This document shows positions 1 to 8,698 of a DNA stretch of 64,000 bases, one piece after another. The stretch is from positions 11,700 to 75,699 of the forward strand of contig JALERO010000119.1 in assembly GCA_022764265.1 (NCBI GenBank). The letters are read 5' to 3'. The stretch's first letter is position 1. Each line of letters opens with the position of its first letter. The position numbers and the translations under genes were made by a program. The DNA is from Eubacterium sp. (GTDB lineage Bacteria > Bacillota > Clostridia > Lachnospirales > Lachnospiraceae). The notes under the pieces are model-generated. The model searched no databases. It had not been told where the DNA came from and saw only the letters and a list, made by a program, of their open reading frames with translations.

Positions 1-1
1 A

Positions 2-313
2 GAAAATTTTGGCTGTGGCTCTTCCAGAGAGCAGGCTCCGAGTGTACTGAAAGCCCTCGGTGTTCAGGCTGTCATCGCCAAGTCCTTTGCCAGAATCTTT
101 TACCGCAATTCCATCAATATCGGTCTTCCGGTAATTGTATGTAAGGATCTCTATGACAACGTGGAAGATGGCGGTGAGGCTGACCTTGACTTATCTGCAG
201 GTACAGTTACTGCAAATGGTAAGACCTTTTCCTGCACAAAGCTGCCGGAATACATGCAGAATATTTTGTCTGCCGGAGGCTTAATTTCATTTCTTAATAA
301 GGAGGAAGCGTAA
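2..313 (+). CDS. 3-isopropylmalate dehydratase/homoaconitase-family small subunit (LeuD/HacB-like), 5' truncated by window edge
   Basis: Manual translation of frame 2: [43 protein letters not shown]...[12 protein letters not shown]; GCGSSRE and FARIFYRN are LeuD signatures. Confidence 0.9.
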   Translation, partial: ENFGCGSSREQAPSVLKALGVQAVIAKSFARIFYRNSINIGLPVIVCKDLYDNVEDGGEADLDLSAGTVTANGKTFSCTKLPEYMQNILSAGGLISFLNKEEA

Positions 314-315
314 TT

Positions 316-1572
316 ATGGGTATGACCTTAGGTGAAAAAATCATTGCCAGAGCAGCAGGTGTCGATTCTGTAAAACCAAATGATATCCACACGGTAACTC
401 TGGACCGCATGATGAGCAATGACGGTACCACACATCTGACCGTTGACATGTATCATAATAAATTGAAACATCCGAAAATTGCGGATAAAGATAAAGTGGT
501 TTTCATCATGGACCACAACGTGCCTGCAGAGAATCCGAAAACCGCAGAGGCACATAAAAAAATGCGTAACTTTGCCAGAGAAAATGACATTAAATTATAT
601 GAAGGTCAGGGCATCTGCCATCAGATCATGATGGAAGACTATGTATGTCCGGGCGAGCTGATTTTCGGAGCTGACTCCCACACAACTACCTACGGTGCTC
701 TGGGTGCCTTCGGAACCGGTGTCGGATGTACCGATTTTCTTTATGCCATGACCACCGGAACCTCCTGGGTGATGGTACCGGAAACCATCCGATTTAATCT
801 TCACGGTTCTCTCCGGGAAGGTGTTTACGCCAGAGATCTGATTCTCACCATAATTGGAGATATCGGTGCCAACGGCGCCAATTACAAAATCATGGAATTT
901 GCCGGAGACGGTGCACACAATCTTTCCATCGATGAACGTATCGTTCTCTGCAATCTGACTGTGGAAGCCGGTGCCAAAGCCGGAATTGTTGAGCCGGACG
1001 AAAAAGTCATAGAGTATTGTAAAGCTCATGGTCGTGAGGCGGTACATATGTTTAAGAGCGATGAGGATGCTCATTTTGCCGCTGTTTATGATTATGACCT
1101 GAGCAAGATTGAGCCTGTGGTAGTCCGTCCTGATTTTGTGGATAATTTTGCTTTATTAAAAGATGTAAAGGAAGAAAAGATTGCCATCGACGAAGCCTTC
1201 CTCGGCTCCTGCAATAACGGTCGACTGGTAGATCTTCGCGCTGCCGCTGATGTTGTTAAGGGCAAAAAAATCAATCCGAATGTCCGTTTTATCGTTGCCC
1301 CTGCATCCAAAGCCGTTTACATTGAAGCATTAAAAGAGGGCATCATCACAACACTGATGGAAGCCGGTGCGATGATCATGAACTGTAACTGTTCCGTGTG
1401 CTGGGGAAGCTGTCAGGGTGTTATCGGTGAAAATGAAGTGCTGATTTCCACCGGAACCCGTAACTTTAAAGGACGTGCCGGTCATCCAAGCTCCAAGGTA
1501 TACATGGCCAGTGCAGCAACCGTAGCAGCTTCTGCTGTTGCCGGATATATTACCGGAAACACTGCGGAATAA
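316..1572 (+). CDS. Aconitase-family large subunit (LeuC/HacA-like), copy 1
   Basis: 418 aa; DHNVP, GICHQ, GADSHTTTYG, GSCNNG and CSVCWG Fe-S ligand motifs, STGTRNFKGR. Confidence 0.9.
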   Translation: MGMTLGEKIIARAAGVDSVKPNDIHTVTLDRMMSNDGTTHLTVDMYHNKLKHPKIADKDKVVFIMDHNVPAENPKTAEAHKKMRNFARENDIKLYEGQGICHQIMMEDYVCPGELIFGADSHTTTYGALGAFGTGVGCTDFLYAMTTGTSWVMVPETIRFNLHGSLREGVYARDLILTIIGDIGANGANYKIMEFAGDGAHNLSIDERIVLCNLTVEAGAKAGIVEPDEKVIEYCKAHGREAVHMFKSDEDAHFAAVYDYDLSKIEPVVVRPDFVDNFALLKDVKEEKIAIDEAFLGSCNNGRLVDLRAAADVVKGKKINPNVRFIVAPASKAVYIEALKEGIITTLMEAGAMIMNCNCSVCWGSCQGVIGENEVLISTGTRNFKGRAGHPSSKVYMASAATVAASAVAGYITGNTAE

Positions 1573-1599
1573 GTAATCATAAAGAAAGGACAGACAATT

Positions 1600-2091
1600 A
1601 TGGAACAATTTACAGGTAAAGTGTGGGTTCTCGGCGATGATATTGATACAGATATTATCATCCCGACAGAATATCTGGCACTTCCTACTGTTGAAGATAT
1701 GAAACAATACGGCTTCTCCCCTCTTCGCCCAGAACTGGCTTCCCAGATTCAGGAGGGCGATATCATCGTGGCAGGAAAGAATTTCGGCTGCGGTTCCTCC
1801 AGAGAACAGGCGCCGGAAATTATCAAGGCATTAAAGGTAAAATGTGTGATTGCCAAATCCTATGCCCGCATTTTTTTTCGCAATTCCATCAACAACGGGC
1901 TTCTGCTCATTGAAAATGATGAGATTCAGGATGTAGTTAAAGAGGGCGATACCATTACCGTGAAAATGGGCGAATCCATTGATTTTAATGGTAAATCTTA
2001 CAGTATTACCTCTCTTCCGGATAATCTCATGGATATCATCAATGCAGGTGGTCTTGTGAAGGCGATGCAGAAAAAGAACGGCATCATATAG
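1600..2091 (+). CDS. Aconitase-family small subunit (LeuD/HacB-like), copy 2
   Basis: 163 aa; [31 protein letters not shown]. Confidence 0.92.
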   Translation: MEQFTGKVWVLGDDIDTDIIIPTEYLALPTVEDMKQYGFSPLRPELASQIQEGDIIVAGKNFGCGSSREQAPEIIKALKVKCVIAKSYARIFFRNSINNGLLLIENDEIQDVVKEGDTITVKMGESIDFNGKSYSITSLPDNLMDIINAGGLVKAMQKKNGII

Positions 2092-2102
2092 GAGGATAGG
2101 AC

Positions 2103-3350
2103 ATGGGATATACATTAATTGAAAAAATCATCAAAAAAAATATCGGAGCGGATCATGTCGAGCCGGGACAGATTGTCACCGTTAATGTTGACAGAGTTAT
2201 GATTCACGATATTTTCATTCCTTTTGTAGCAGATAAATTTGAAGAGATGGGATTTCAGAAATTATGGGATCCGGATAAGGTTGTCCTGATCTATGACCAT
2301 CTGGTTCCATCCAGCGCAGTAGAGGATATCCGACATTTCAAGATCGGAGATGCGTTTGCTGAGAAATACGGTCTGACCCACGTACACCGAAGTGATGGTA
2401 TCTGTCATCAACTGATGACAGAAGCAGGCTATGCCAAACCGGGTAACATCGTATTCGGAACGGACTCCCACACCACCACTTACGGATGTGTCGGCTGCTT
2501 CTCTTCCGGAATCGGGTATACCGAGATGGCTTCCATCCTCGGAACCGGTGAAATGTGGATTCGTGTACCGGAAACCATCAAAGTCATCATTGACGGTGAA
2601 CTTCCTGCCAATGTGACAGCCAAAGATGTGATTCTTCGATTGATCGGCGATCTTCGTGCTGATGGTGCAACCTACAAAGCTCTGGAAATCAGTGGTTCCA
2701 CTGTGGATAACATGAGTGTTGCATCCCGCATGACCATCTCCAATATGGCCATCGAAGCTGGTGCCAAAGCCTGTCTTTTCAAACCGGACGAAAAAACCTG
2801 CGAATATTCCAAAGTAAACTTAAGCGATGTTGATTGGCTCTACGGTGATGAAGATGCCCATTACTGCAAAGTAATGACTTACCAGGCAGATGAGCTGGTA
2901 CCTGTCTGTGCCTGCCCTTCTCAGGTAGACAACATCCATCCGGTTTCCGAAATCGAAGGGACAGAGCTGGATCAGGTATTTATCGGCTCCTGCACCAACG
3001 GCCGTCTGGAAGATCTGGCTGTTGCTGCCAAAATCCTGGAAGGTAAGACCGTTGCCTGCAAACTGATCGTGACACCTGCCAGCCGCCAGATTTATCTCGA
3101 TGCTATCGAGGCAGGCTACATGGAAACACTGGCCCAAGCTGGTGCCATCATTACACAACCGGGTTGCGGCCTCTGCTGCGGACGTGCCGGGGGTATCCTC
3201 TGTGACGGTGAAAAGGTTCTCGCCACCAACAACCGAAACTTCCTCGGACGTATGGGAACCTCCAAAGTAGGAATCTATCTGGGATCCCCTGCTACAGCGG
3301 CAACCTCAGCCATTTACGGAAAAATCACAATTCCAGAGGATGTACACTAA
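2103..3350 (+). CDS. Aconitase-family large subunit (LeuC/HacA-like), copy 2
   Basis: 415 aa; GICHQ, GTDSHTTTYG, GSCTNGR, PGCGLCCG, TNNRNFLGRMG. Confidence 0.92.
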   Translation: MGYTLIEKIIKKNIGADHVEPGQIVTVNVDRVMIHDIFIPFVADKFEEMGFQKLWDPDKVVLIYDHLVPSSAVEDIRHFKIGDAFAEKYGLTHVHRSDGICHQLMTEAGYAKPGNIVFGTDSHTTTYGCVGCFSSGIGYTEMASILGTGEMWIRVPETIKVIIDGELPANVTAKDVILRLIGDLRADGATYKALEISGSTVDNMSVASRMTISNMAIEAGAKACLFKPDEKTCEYSKVNLSDVDWLYGDEDAHYCKVMTYQADELVPVCACPSQVDNIHPVSEIEGTELDQVFIGSCTNGRLEDLAVAAKILEGKTVACKLIVTPASRQIYLDAIEAGYMETLAQAGAIITQPGCGLCCGRAGGILCDGEKVLATNNRNFLGRMGTSKVGIYLGSPATAATSAIYGKITIPEDVH

Positions 3351-3354
3351 TTGA

Positions 3355-3404
3355 AAAAGCAGGTACGAGTGGTAACGAAATGTTACAAAACTCTACCTGC
3401 TTTA
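3355..3404. terminator. Probable bidirectional intrinsic terminator
   Basis: Inverted repeat AAAGCAGGTA...TACCTGCTTT between convergent genes. Confidence 0.6.
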
Positions 3405-3409
3405 TATTA

Positions 3410-3598
3410 TTACATCTGCTTGCGTACCACTTTATATTCATCATCCATCTGAAAATAAGGGCAACTCTCATAGTCACTTCTCATCAGCCTCGCCAGATCA
3501 TCTTCATCCAGATTGACCATACACTCTCCCTGCCCGTCTTCTTCATCAATCCAGAAATGGGCACAATAATCACATTGATTTACCATTCTGCTTTTCAC
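3410..3598 (-). CDS. Small Cys-rich conserved protein (DUF6472-like)
   Basis: 62 aa; CDYCAH...C..NLDEDD...CPYFQMDDEYKVVRKQM pattern. Confidence 0.7.
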   Translation of the reverse strand: MKSRMVNQCDYCAHFWIDEEDGQGECMVNLDEDDLARLMRSDYESCPYFQMDDEYKVVRKQM

Positions 3599-3663
3599 TC
3601 CCGTTCATTTTTCTATTACTATATCTTTTATTTTAGAAAATGTAAAGGGAATCAAAGTATTTC

Positions 3664-3693
3664 TTGTCAGTTTTTGAGAAAACATGATATAAT
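3664..3693 (+). promoter_or_regulatory. SigA-type promoter with extended -10
   Basis: TTGTCA-N18-TATAAT with TG at 3685-3686; RBS AAGGAGG before ATG 3731. Confidence 0.65.
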
Positions 3694-3730
3694 AAAATTT
3701 AAGGTTTAATAATAAAGGAGGAATAACTTA

Positions 3731-3997
3731 ATGACAGCAGAACAGCAGAAATTAATCCCTGCCCGGGATGAGAATTTAAAGAACGGTAATTATACAGTTT
3801 TAAATGGAGAATATACCAAAAACTTCAATGTATATGTGGTTGGAGAAAATCATAAAGAAGCCATTGATTACATCATGGTTGCACTGGACCGTTCCACAGA
3901 TAATGTACTGGGCTTCGGCATCAAAATGGGCAGCCAGAAAAAGTACGGAGTAAGCTTCTGGGATGAAGCGGATATTCCGGAAGAATATCGGAAATAA
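3731..3997 (+). CDS. Hypothetical protein
   Basis: 88-aa ORF with strong RBS, promoter and a downstream hairpin. Confidence 0.75.
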   Translation: MTAEQQKLIPARDENLKNGNYTVLNGEYTKNFNVYVVGENHKEAIDYIMVALDRSTDNVLGFGIKMGSQKKYGVSFWDEADIPEEYRK

Positions 3998-4019
3998 AAG
4001 AATTATATATCAAACAAGA

Positions 4020-4061
4020 AGACATCGCAGATATGGCAGGCCGCCAATAGCGCGATGTCTC
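4020..4061. terminator. Hairpin/terminator between convergent genes
   Basis: AGACATCGC...GCGATGTCT inverted repeat. Confidence 0.55.
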
Positions 4062-4068
4062 TATTATT

Positions 4069-5910
4069 TTATTCAACCGTCACACTCTTTGCCAGATTTC
4101 TTGGTTTATCCACATCAAGTCCTCTCGCAACTGCAACATAATATCCGAGAAGCTGTAGCGGAATAACCGCCACGGACGTACTGAAACAATCAATGGTTTT
4201 CGGCACATATACTGTAAAATTCGCCGTATCTTCCATCGCATAATTGCCATAGGAAGTGAGTCCCATGATATAGGCCCCACGGCTTTTTACCTCAACCAGA
4301 TTGCTTACCAGTTTCTCGTAAAGATCCTGCTGGGTGGCAACTCCCACCACCAGAATACCATCTTCAATCAGGGAAATTGTTCCATGTTTCAGTTCACCGG
4401 CCGCATACGCCTCTGAGTGAACATAAGATACTTCTTTTAATTTGAGAGAGCCTTCCATACATGTCGCATAATCCACACCTCTTCCAATAAAGAAAACATC
4501 ATGACTGGAAGCATACTTGTTGGCAAACCACTGCAGCCGTTCTTTTTCATCCAGAACCTTTTGAATCTTTTCCGGTAATTTCTGAAGTTCAGAGACAAGA
4601 GTATTATATTCTTCCTCCTCAATTACACCACGGATATCAGCAAAAAGAATGGCAATTAAGTCCAAAGCAACCAACTGCGTGCTGTATGCTTTTGTTGTTG
4701 CAACAGAAATTTCCGGGCCGGCCCATGTATACATTACCGCATCTGCCTCTCTGGCAATGGAACTTCCAACAACATTGACAATTCCGAGAGTTTTCAAATT
4801 TCTGCTTTTGGCTTCTCTGAGAGCTGCAAGGGAATCAGCCGTCTCTCCGGATTGACTGATAATAATCACAAGAGTATTCGGATCAAGCACCGGATCACGA
4901 TAACGGAACTCGGAAGCAAGATCTACATCCACCGGAATTCTGGCAATTTTCTCCATCATGTATTTCGATGTAACTCCCACATGGTAAGCAGAACCACAGG
5001 CAACAATCTGAACGCGACTGATTTGACGAATTTCTTCTTCTGTCATACCCAGATCATCAATCACAACTCTGTTATCTTTGATTCTCGGACTGATTGTATC
5101 ATTAACAGCTTTTGGCTGTTCGTAGATCTCCTTCATCATGAAATGTTCATAACCGCCTTTTTCTGCTGCTTCTGTATCCCAGTCAACAACAGAAATTTCT
5201 TTCTCTACTTCTTCTCCATCCATGTTGTAGAATGTTACACCAGCTTCCGTTAATCTGGCAATTTCCATATTCTGAAGATATGCAACATTTCTTGTATATT
5301 TGAGAATAGCCGGCACATCTGATGCAATAAAATTCTCATTTTCTCCTAATCCGACAATAAGTGGACTGTCTTTTCTGACTGCATAGATTTCTCCCGGACG
5401 ATCTTTGAACATTACACCAAGGGCATAGGAACCTGTTGCACGGAGCATCATTTTGGTGATCGCCTCGATGGGATCTCCTGTATAATAATGATCCAGTAAA
5501 TGAACCAGAACTTCTGTATCTGTTTCAGAAACAAATTCATAATTCATTTTCTCGAGACGCTCTTTTAAATTCTGGAAATTCTCTATAATTCCATTATGCA
5601 CCAGAACAACATTCTTATCTTTCTCAAAATGAGGATGGGAATTCACTACAGAGGGTTCTCCATGAGTCGCCCATCTTGTATGCCCGATTCCACAAAAGCC
5701 GTGCACAGCGCGACCATTGTCTGTCATTTCATTTAATATTTTCAGGCGTCCCTTTGCCTTGATTACTTCAATCTCATTATTTCCGTTGGCATCCAGATCA
5801 GAAACTGCTATTCCGGCGGAATCATATCCTCTGTATTCCAGCTTAGCCAGACCGTCCAAAAGAATCGGGGCAACCTGTTCTTTGCCAACATATCCAACAA
5901 TACCACACAT
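4069..5910 (-). CDS. glmS: Glutamine--fructose-6-phosphate aminotransferase
   Basis: MCGIVG N-terminus, EYRGYDSAG, GHTRWATHG, SQSGETAD, DKPRNLAKSVTVE. Confidence 0.98.
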   Translation of the reverse strand: MCGIVGYVGKEQVAPILLDGLAKLEYRGYDSAGIAVSDLDANGNNEIEVIKAKGRLKILNEMTDNGRAVHGFCGIGHTRWATHGEPSVVNSHPHFEKDKNVVLVHNGIIENFQNLKERLEKMNYEFVSETDTEVLVHLLDHYYTGDPIEAITKMMLRATGSYALGVMFKDRPGEIYAVRKDSPLIVGLGENENFIASDVPAILKYTRNVAYLQNMEIARLTEAGVTFYNMDGEEVEKEISVVDWDTEAAEKGGYEHFMMKEIYEQPKAVNDTISPRIKDNRVVIDDLGMTEEEIRQISRVQIVACGSAYHVGVTSKYMMEKIARIPVDVDLASEFRYRDPVLDPNTLVIIISQSGETADSLAALREAKSRNLKTLGIVNVVGSSIAREADAVMYTWAGPEISVATTKAYSTQLVALDLIAILFADIRGVIEEEEYNTLVSELQKLPEKIQKVLDEKERLQWFANKYASSHDVFFIGRGVDYATCMEGSLKLKEVSYVHSEAYAAGELKHGTISLIEDGILVVGVATQQDLYEKLVSNLVEVKSRGAYIMGLTSYGNYAMEDTANFTVYVPKTIDCFSTSVAVIPLQLLGYYVAVARGLDVDKPRNLAKSVTVE

Positions 5911-5927
5911 TTTCTTTATCTCCCTTT

Positions 5928-7274
5928 TTATTCACAGTGTCCTTTATCCTGAATTACTTTAATCACGGAATCTACGTAGGATTCGCATTCTTCCTTCGTC
6001 TCCGCTTCCACCATAACACGGATTACAGGCTCTGTACCGCTCTCTCTCACGAGAATTCGTCCGGACGTCCCAAGAGAATCGGCAACCTTTTTAACTGCAT
6101 TTTGCACATCAGGATCATTTTGAGCTTCCGGTTTGCTTTTCACCCGGACATTCTTCAAAACCTGAGGATAAATTTTAACCGGTTCTGCCAGCTTTGCAAG
6201 AGAAGATTTTTTCTCCAGCATTACTTCCATCATCTTGATGGCAGTGAGGATTCCGTCTCCGGTTGTGGCATATTTACTGAAGATAATGTGCCCGGACTGC
6301 TCACCACCAATTCGATGTCCGTTTTTCACCATGCTCTCATAAACATATTTATCTCCAACATTGGTTTTTTCATAATTAATTCCCAGTTCATCGAAAGCTT
6401 TATAGAGTCCAAAATTAGACATGATAGTAGTAACCACTGTATTATTGTCAAGCTTACCCTGCTCTTTTAAATATCTTCCATAAATATAAAGAATCAAATC
6501 CCCGTCAACAACATTACCGTTTTCATCGACAGCGATACAACGGTCCGCATCTCCGTCAAAGGCAAATCCCACATCAAGCTGATTCTCTTTTACAAATTGC
6601 TGAAGTATTTCAATATGAGTAGATCCGGCATTCATATTAATATTCAGTCCATCAGGTTCTGCATTGATTACATAAGTCTTTGCACCAAGAGCATCAAATA
6701 CACTCTTGGCAATCATCCATGAGCTTCCGTTGGCACAATCCAGACCAACTCTCACATTTTTGTAAGAACGTGTTGCCAAAGAAATCAGATAACCAATATA
6801 ACGATTTCTTCCTGCAGCATAGTCTACTGTACAGCCAATCTGGTCTTTGACTGCAAAAGGGATTTCCATTTTTCCATCTATGTAATCCTCTATTTTCAAA
6901 ATGGTTTCCTCATCCATTTTCTCGCCTCTGGCATTGATCAGCTTGATTCCATTATCATAATATGGATTATGGCTGGCAGAAATCATAATACCACAGTCAA
7001 AGTCTTCTGTTCGCACAACATAAGATACACTCGGTGTAGTTGTAACGTGTAAAAGATACGCATCTGCTCCTGAAGCAGTAAGACCGGCTACCAGAGAATA
7101 CTCAAACATGTAACTGGATCTTCTGGTATCTTTTCCAATGACAACTTTGCATTTCTCTTTCTTTTCTTTTCCGTAATACCATCCCAGGAAGCGTCCTACC
7201 TGATAGGCATGCTCCACTGTTAAATTTACATTAGCTTCCCCACGGAATCCATCAGTTCCAAAATATTTACCCAT
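5928..7274 (-). CDS. glmM: Phosphoglucosamine mutase
   Basis: MGKYFGTDGFRG (start taken at 7274), ISASHNP, FDGDADR, GGEQSGH. Confidence 0.96.
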   Translation of the reverse strand: MGKYFGTDGFRGEANVNLTVEHAYQVGRFLGWYYGKEKKEKCKVVIGKDTRRSSYMFEYSLVAGLTASGADAYLLHVTTTPSVSYVVRTEDFDCGIMISASHNPYYDNGIKLINARGEKMDEETILKIEDYIDGKMEIPFAVKDQIGCTVDYAAGRNRYIGYLISLATRSYKNVRVGLDCANGSSWMIAKSVFDALGAKTYVINAEPDGLNINMNAGSTHIEILQQFVKENQLDVGFAFDGDADRCIAVDENGNVVDGDLILYIYGRYLKEQGKLDNNTVVTTIMSNFGLYKAFDELGINYEKTNVGDKYVYESMVKNGHRIGGEQSGHIIFSKYATTGDGILTAIKMMEVMLEKKSSLAKLAEPVKIYPQVLKNVRVKSKPEAQNDPDVQNAVKKVADSLGTSGRILVRESGTEPVIRVMVEAETKEECESYVDSVIKVIQDKGHCE

Positions 7275-7412
7275 ATTATTCTCCCATATTATTCTCTTTA
7301 TTGACAAAATGAGGGTCCCATGTACCCCCATTGTATGTCATCTTATTTATATTATTATACCGTTTATATCATACCTGATTTTCACAGTAACCGTCAATAG
7401 TTTTTACAAAGA

Positions 7413-8672
7413 TTATTCATGACGCAACGCAACAATCGGATCCAGATTAGCAGCCTTCACAGCCGGAATAAATCCAAAAATGATTCCGATCATCATAGAA
7501 AACAGAATTGCAATTACTACCGCCGGGATACTGATTGCTACAGGAACACTGGAAATTTTTGCAATGGCCTCCGCCAGTATAATTCCAGATATGGTTCCAA
7601 TAATACCTCCCAAACTGGTCAATACTGCAGCTTCCGTCAAAAACTGGCCTAAAATAATATTCTTTCTGGCTCCAATCGCCTTTTTCAGACCGATTTCTCT
7701 TGTTCGTTCCGTAACCGATACCAGCATGATATTCATAACACCGATACCACCGACCAACAGAGAAATACTTGCAATCCAGATAAGCTGTTTATTTGTGGTT
7801 GCACTCAGCTGTTCATTTTCTTCTGCCTTTTCGGAAATATCCTCTGCCCGGTATTTTACATCCTTATTTGTCACCGCCTCGTTGAGCAAATCTGCCGCAG
7901 CTTTTCCAACCGCACTCATGGAGTCTGTTGAATCCGCCAGAAGTTTGGCGTTCTGTGGTTCATCATATTGCTGGACAATATTCCATACAGTATCCGGCAC
8001 GATTACGCATCCACTGCTGCTAGAATCATCATAAGCATAATTATAATAATCCTCTACCGATGAAATTACAGGTTCAAATTCCGATGATTCTTCCACAACG
8101 CCAATTACAATGAAAGGTTCCCCTTTGATGTCAATTGTTTTTCCCACCGGAGATTCATCCCCAAACAAACTGCTTGCTGCTGTTTTATCGATCACTGCGA
8201 CTTTTCTGTACTGTGAATAATCCGATTCCAGAAAATGTCTGCCCGCAGTCATAATATAACCACAAGTATTAAGATAATGGGAATCTGCTCCAATCAGCTG
8301 GCCTCCCTGTAAAGCGGTAGAATTATAATATATATAATCCACCCCTGTTCTGTTCATATAGAGGCTGGCATCTTCTACGCCATTCAATTCCTGCAATCTT
8401 TCCCTCATATCCGAATCAAGGGTCGGAATTCCCTTAGGAAGCCCACTATATTCCATTTCATAATCATAGTCACCGCTTTCTGTCAACCGTACATTTACCG
8501 TGTTGGTTCCGGATCCAATCAGGTTCTTTTTAATCTGTTCATTGGTTCCCTTAATCGTTGATACAATCGCAATAATTGCCGCAATACCGATGATCACACC
8601 AAGCATTGTCAGCAGAGAACGTAATTTATGTGCCCAGATACTCTGAAAGGATAATCGAACATTTTCTAACAT
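7413..8672 (-). CDS. MacB/FtsX-family ABC permease
   Basis: KLRSLLTMLGVIIGIAA; GGIGVMNIMLVSVTERTREIG; P..KAANLDPIVALRHE. Confidence 0.95.
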   Translation of the reverse strand: MLENVRLSFQSIWAHKLRSLLTMLGVIIGIAAIIAIVSTIKGTNEQIKKNLIGSGTNTVNVRLTESGDYDYEMEYSGLPKGIPTLDSDMRERLQELNGVEDASLYMNRTGVDYIYYNSTALQGGQLIGADSHYLNTCGYIMTAGRHFLESDYSQYRKVAVIDKTAASSLFGDESPVGKTIDIKGEPFIVIGVVEESSEFEPVISSVEDYYNYAYDDSSSSGCVIVPDTVWNIVQQYDEPQNAKLLADSTDSMSAVGKAAADLLNEAVTNKDVKYRAEDISEKAEENEQLSATTNKQLIWIASISLLVGGIGVMNIMLVSVTERTREIGLKKAIGARKNIILGQFLTEAAVLTSLGGIIGTISGIILAEAIAKISSVPVAISIPAVVIAILFSMMIGIIFGFIPAVKAANLDPIVALRHE

Positions 8673-8698
8673 TTTTTCACCAAACCTTTCAAGCTATC

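Noticed and set aside
5911-5927. glmS ribozyme
   Set aside because: Only 17 bp separate glmM and glmS, leaving no room for the ribozyme
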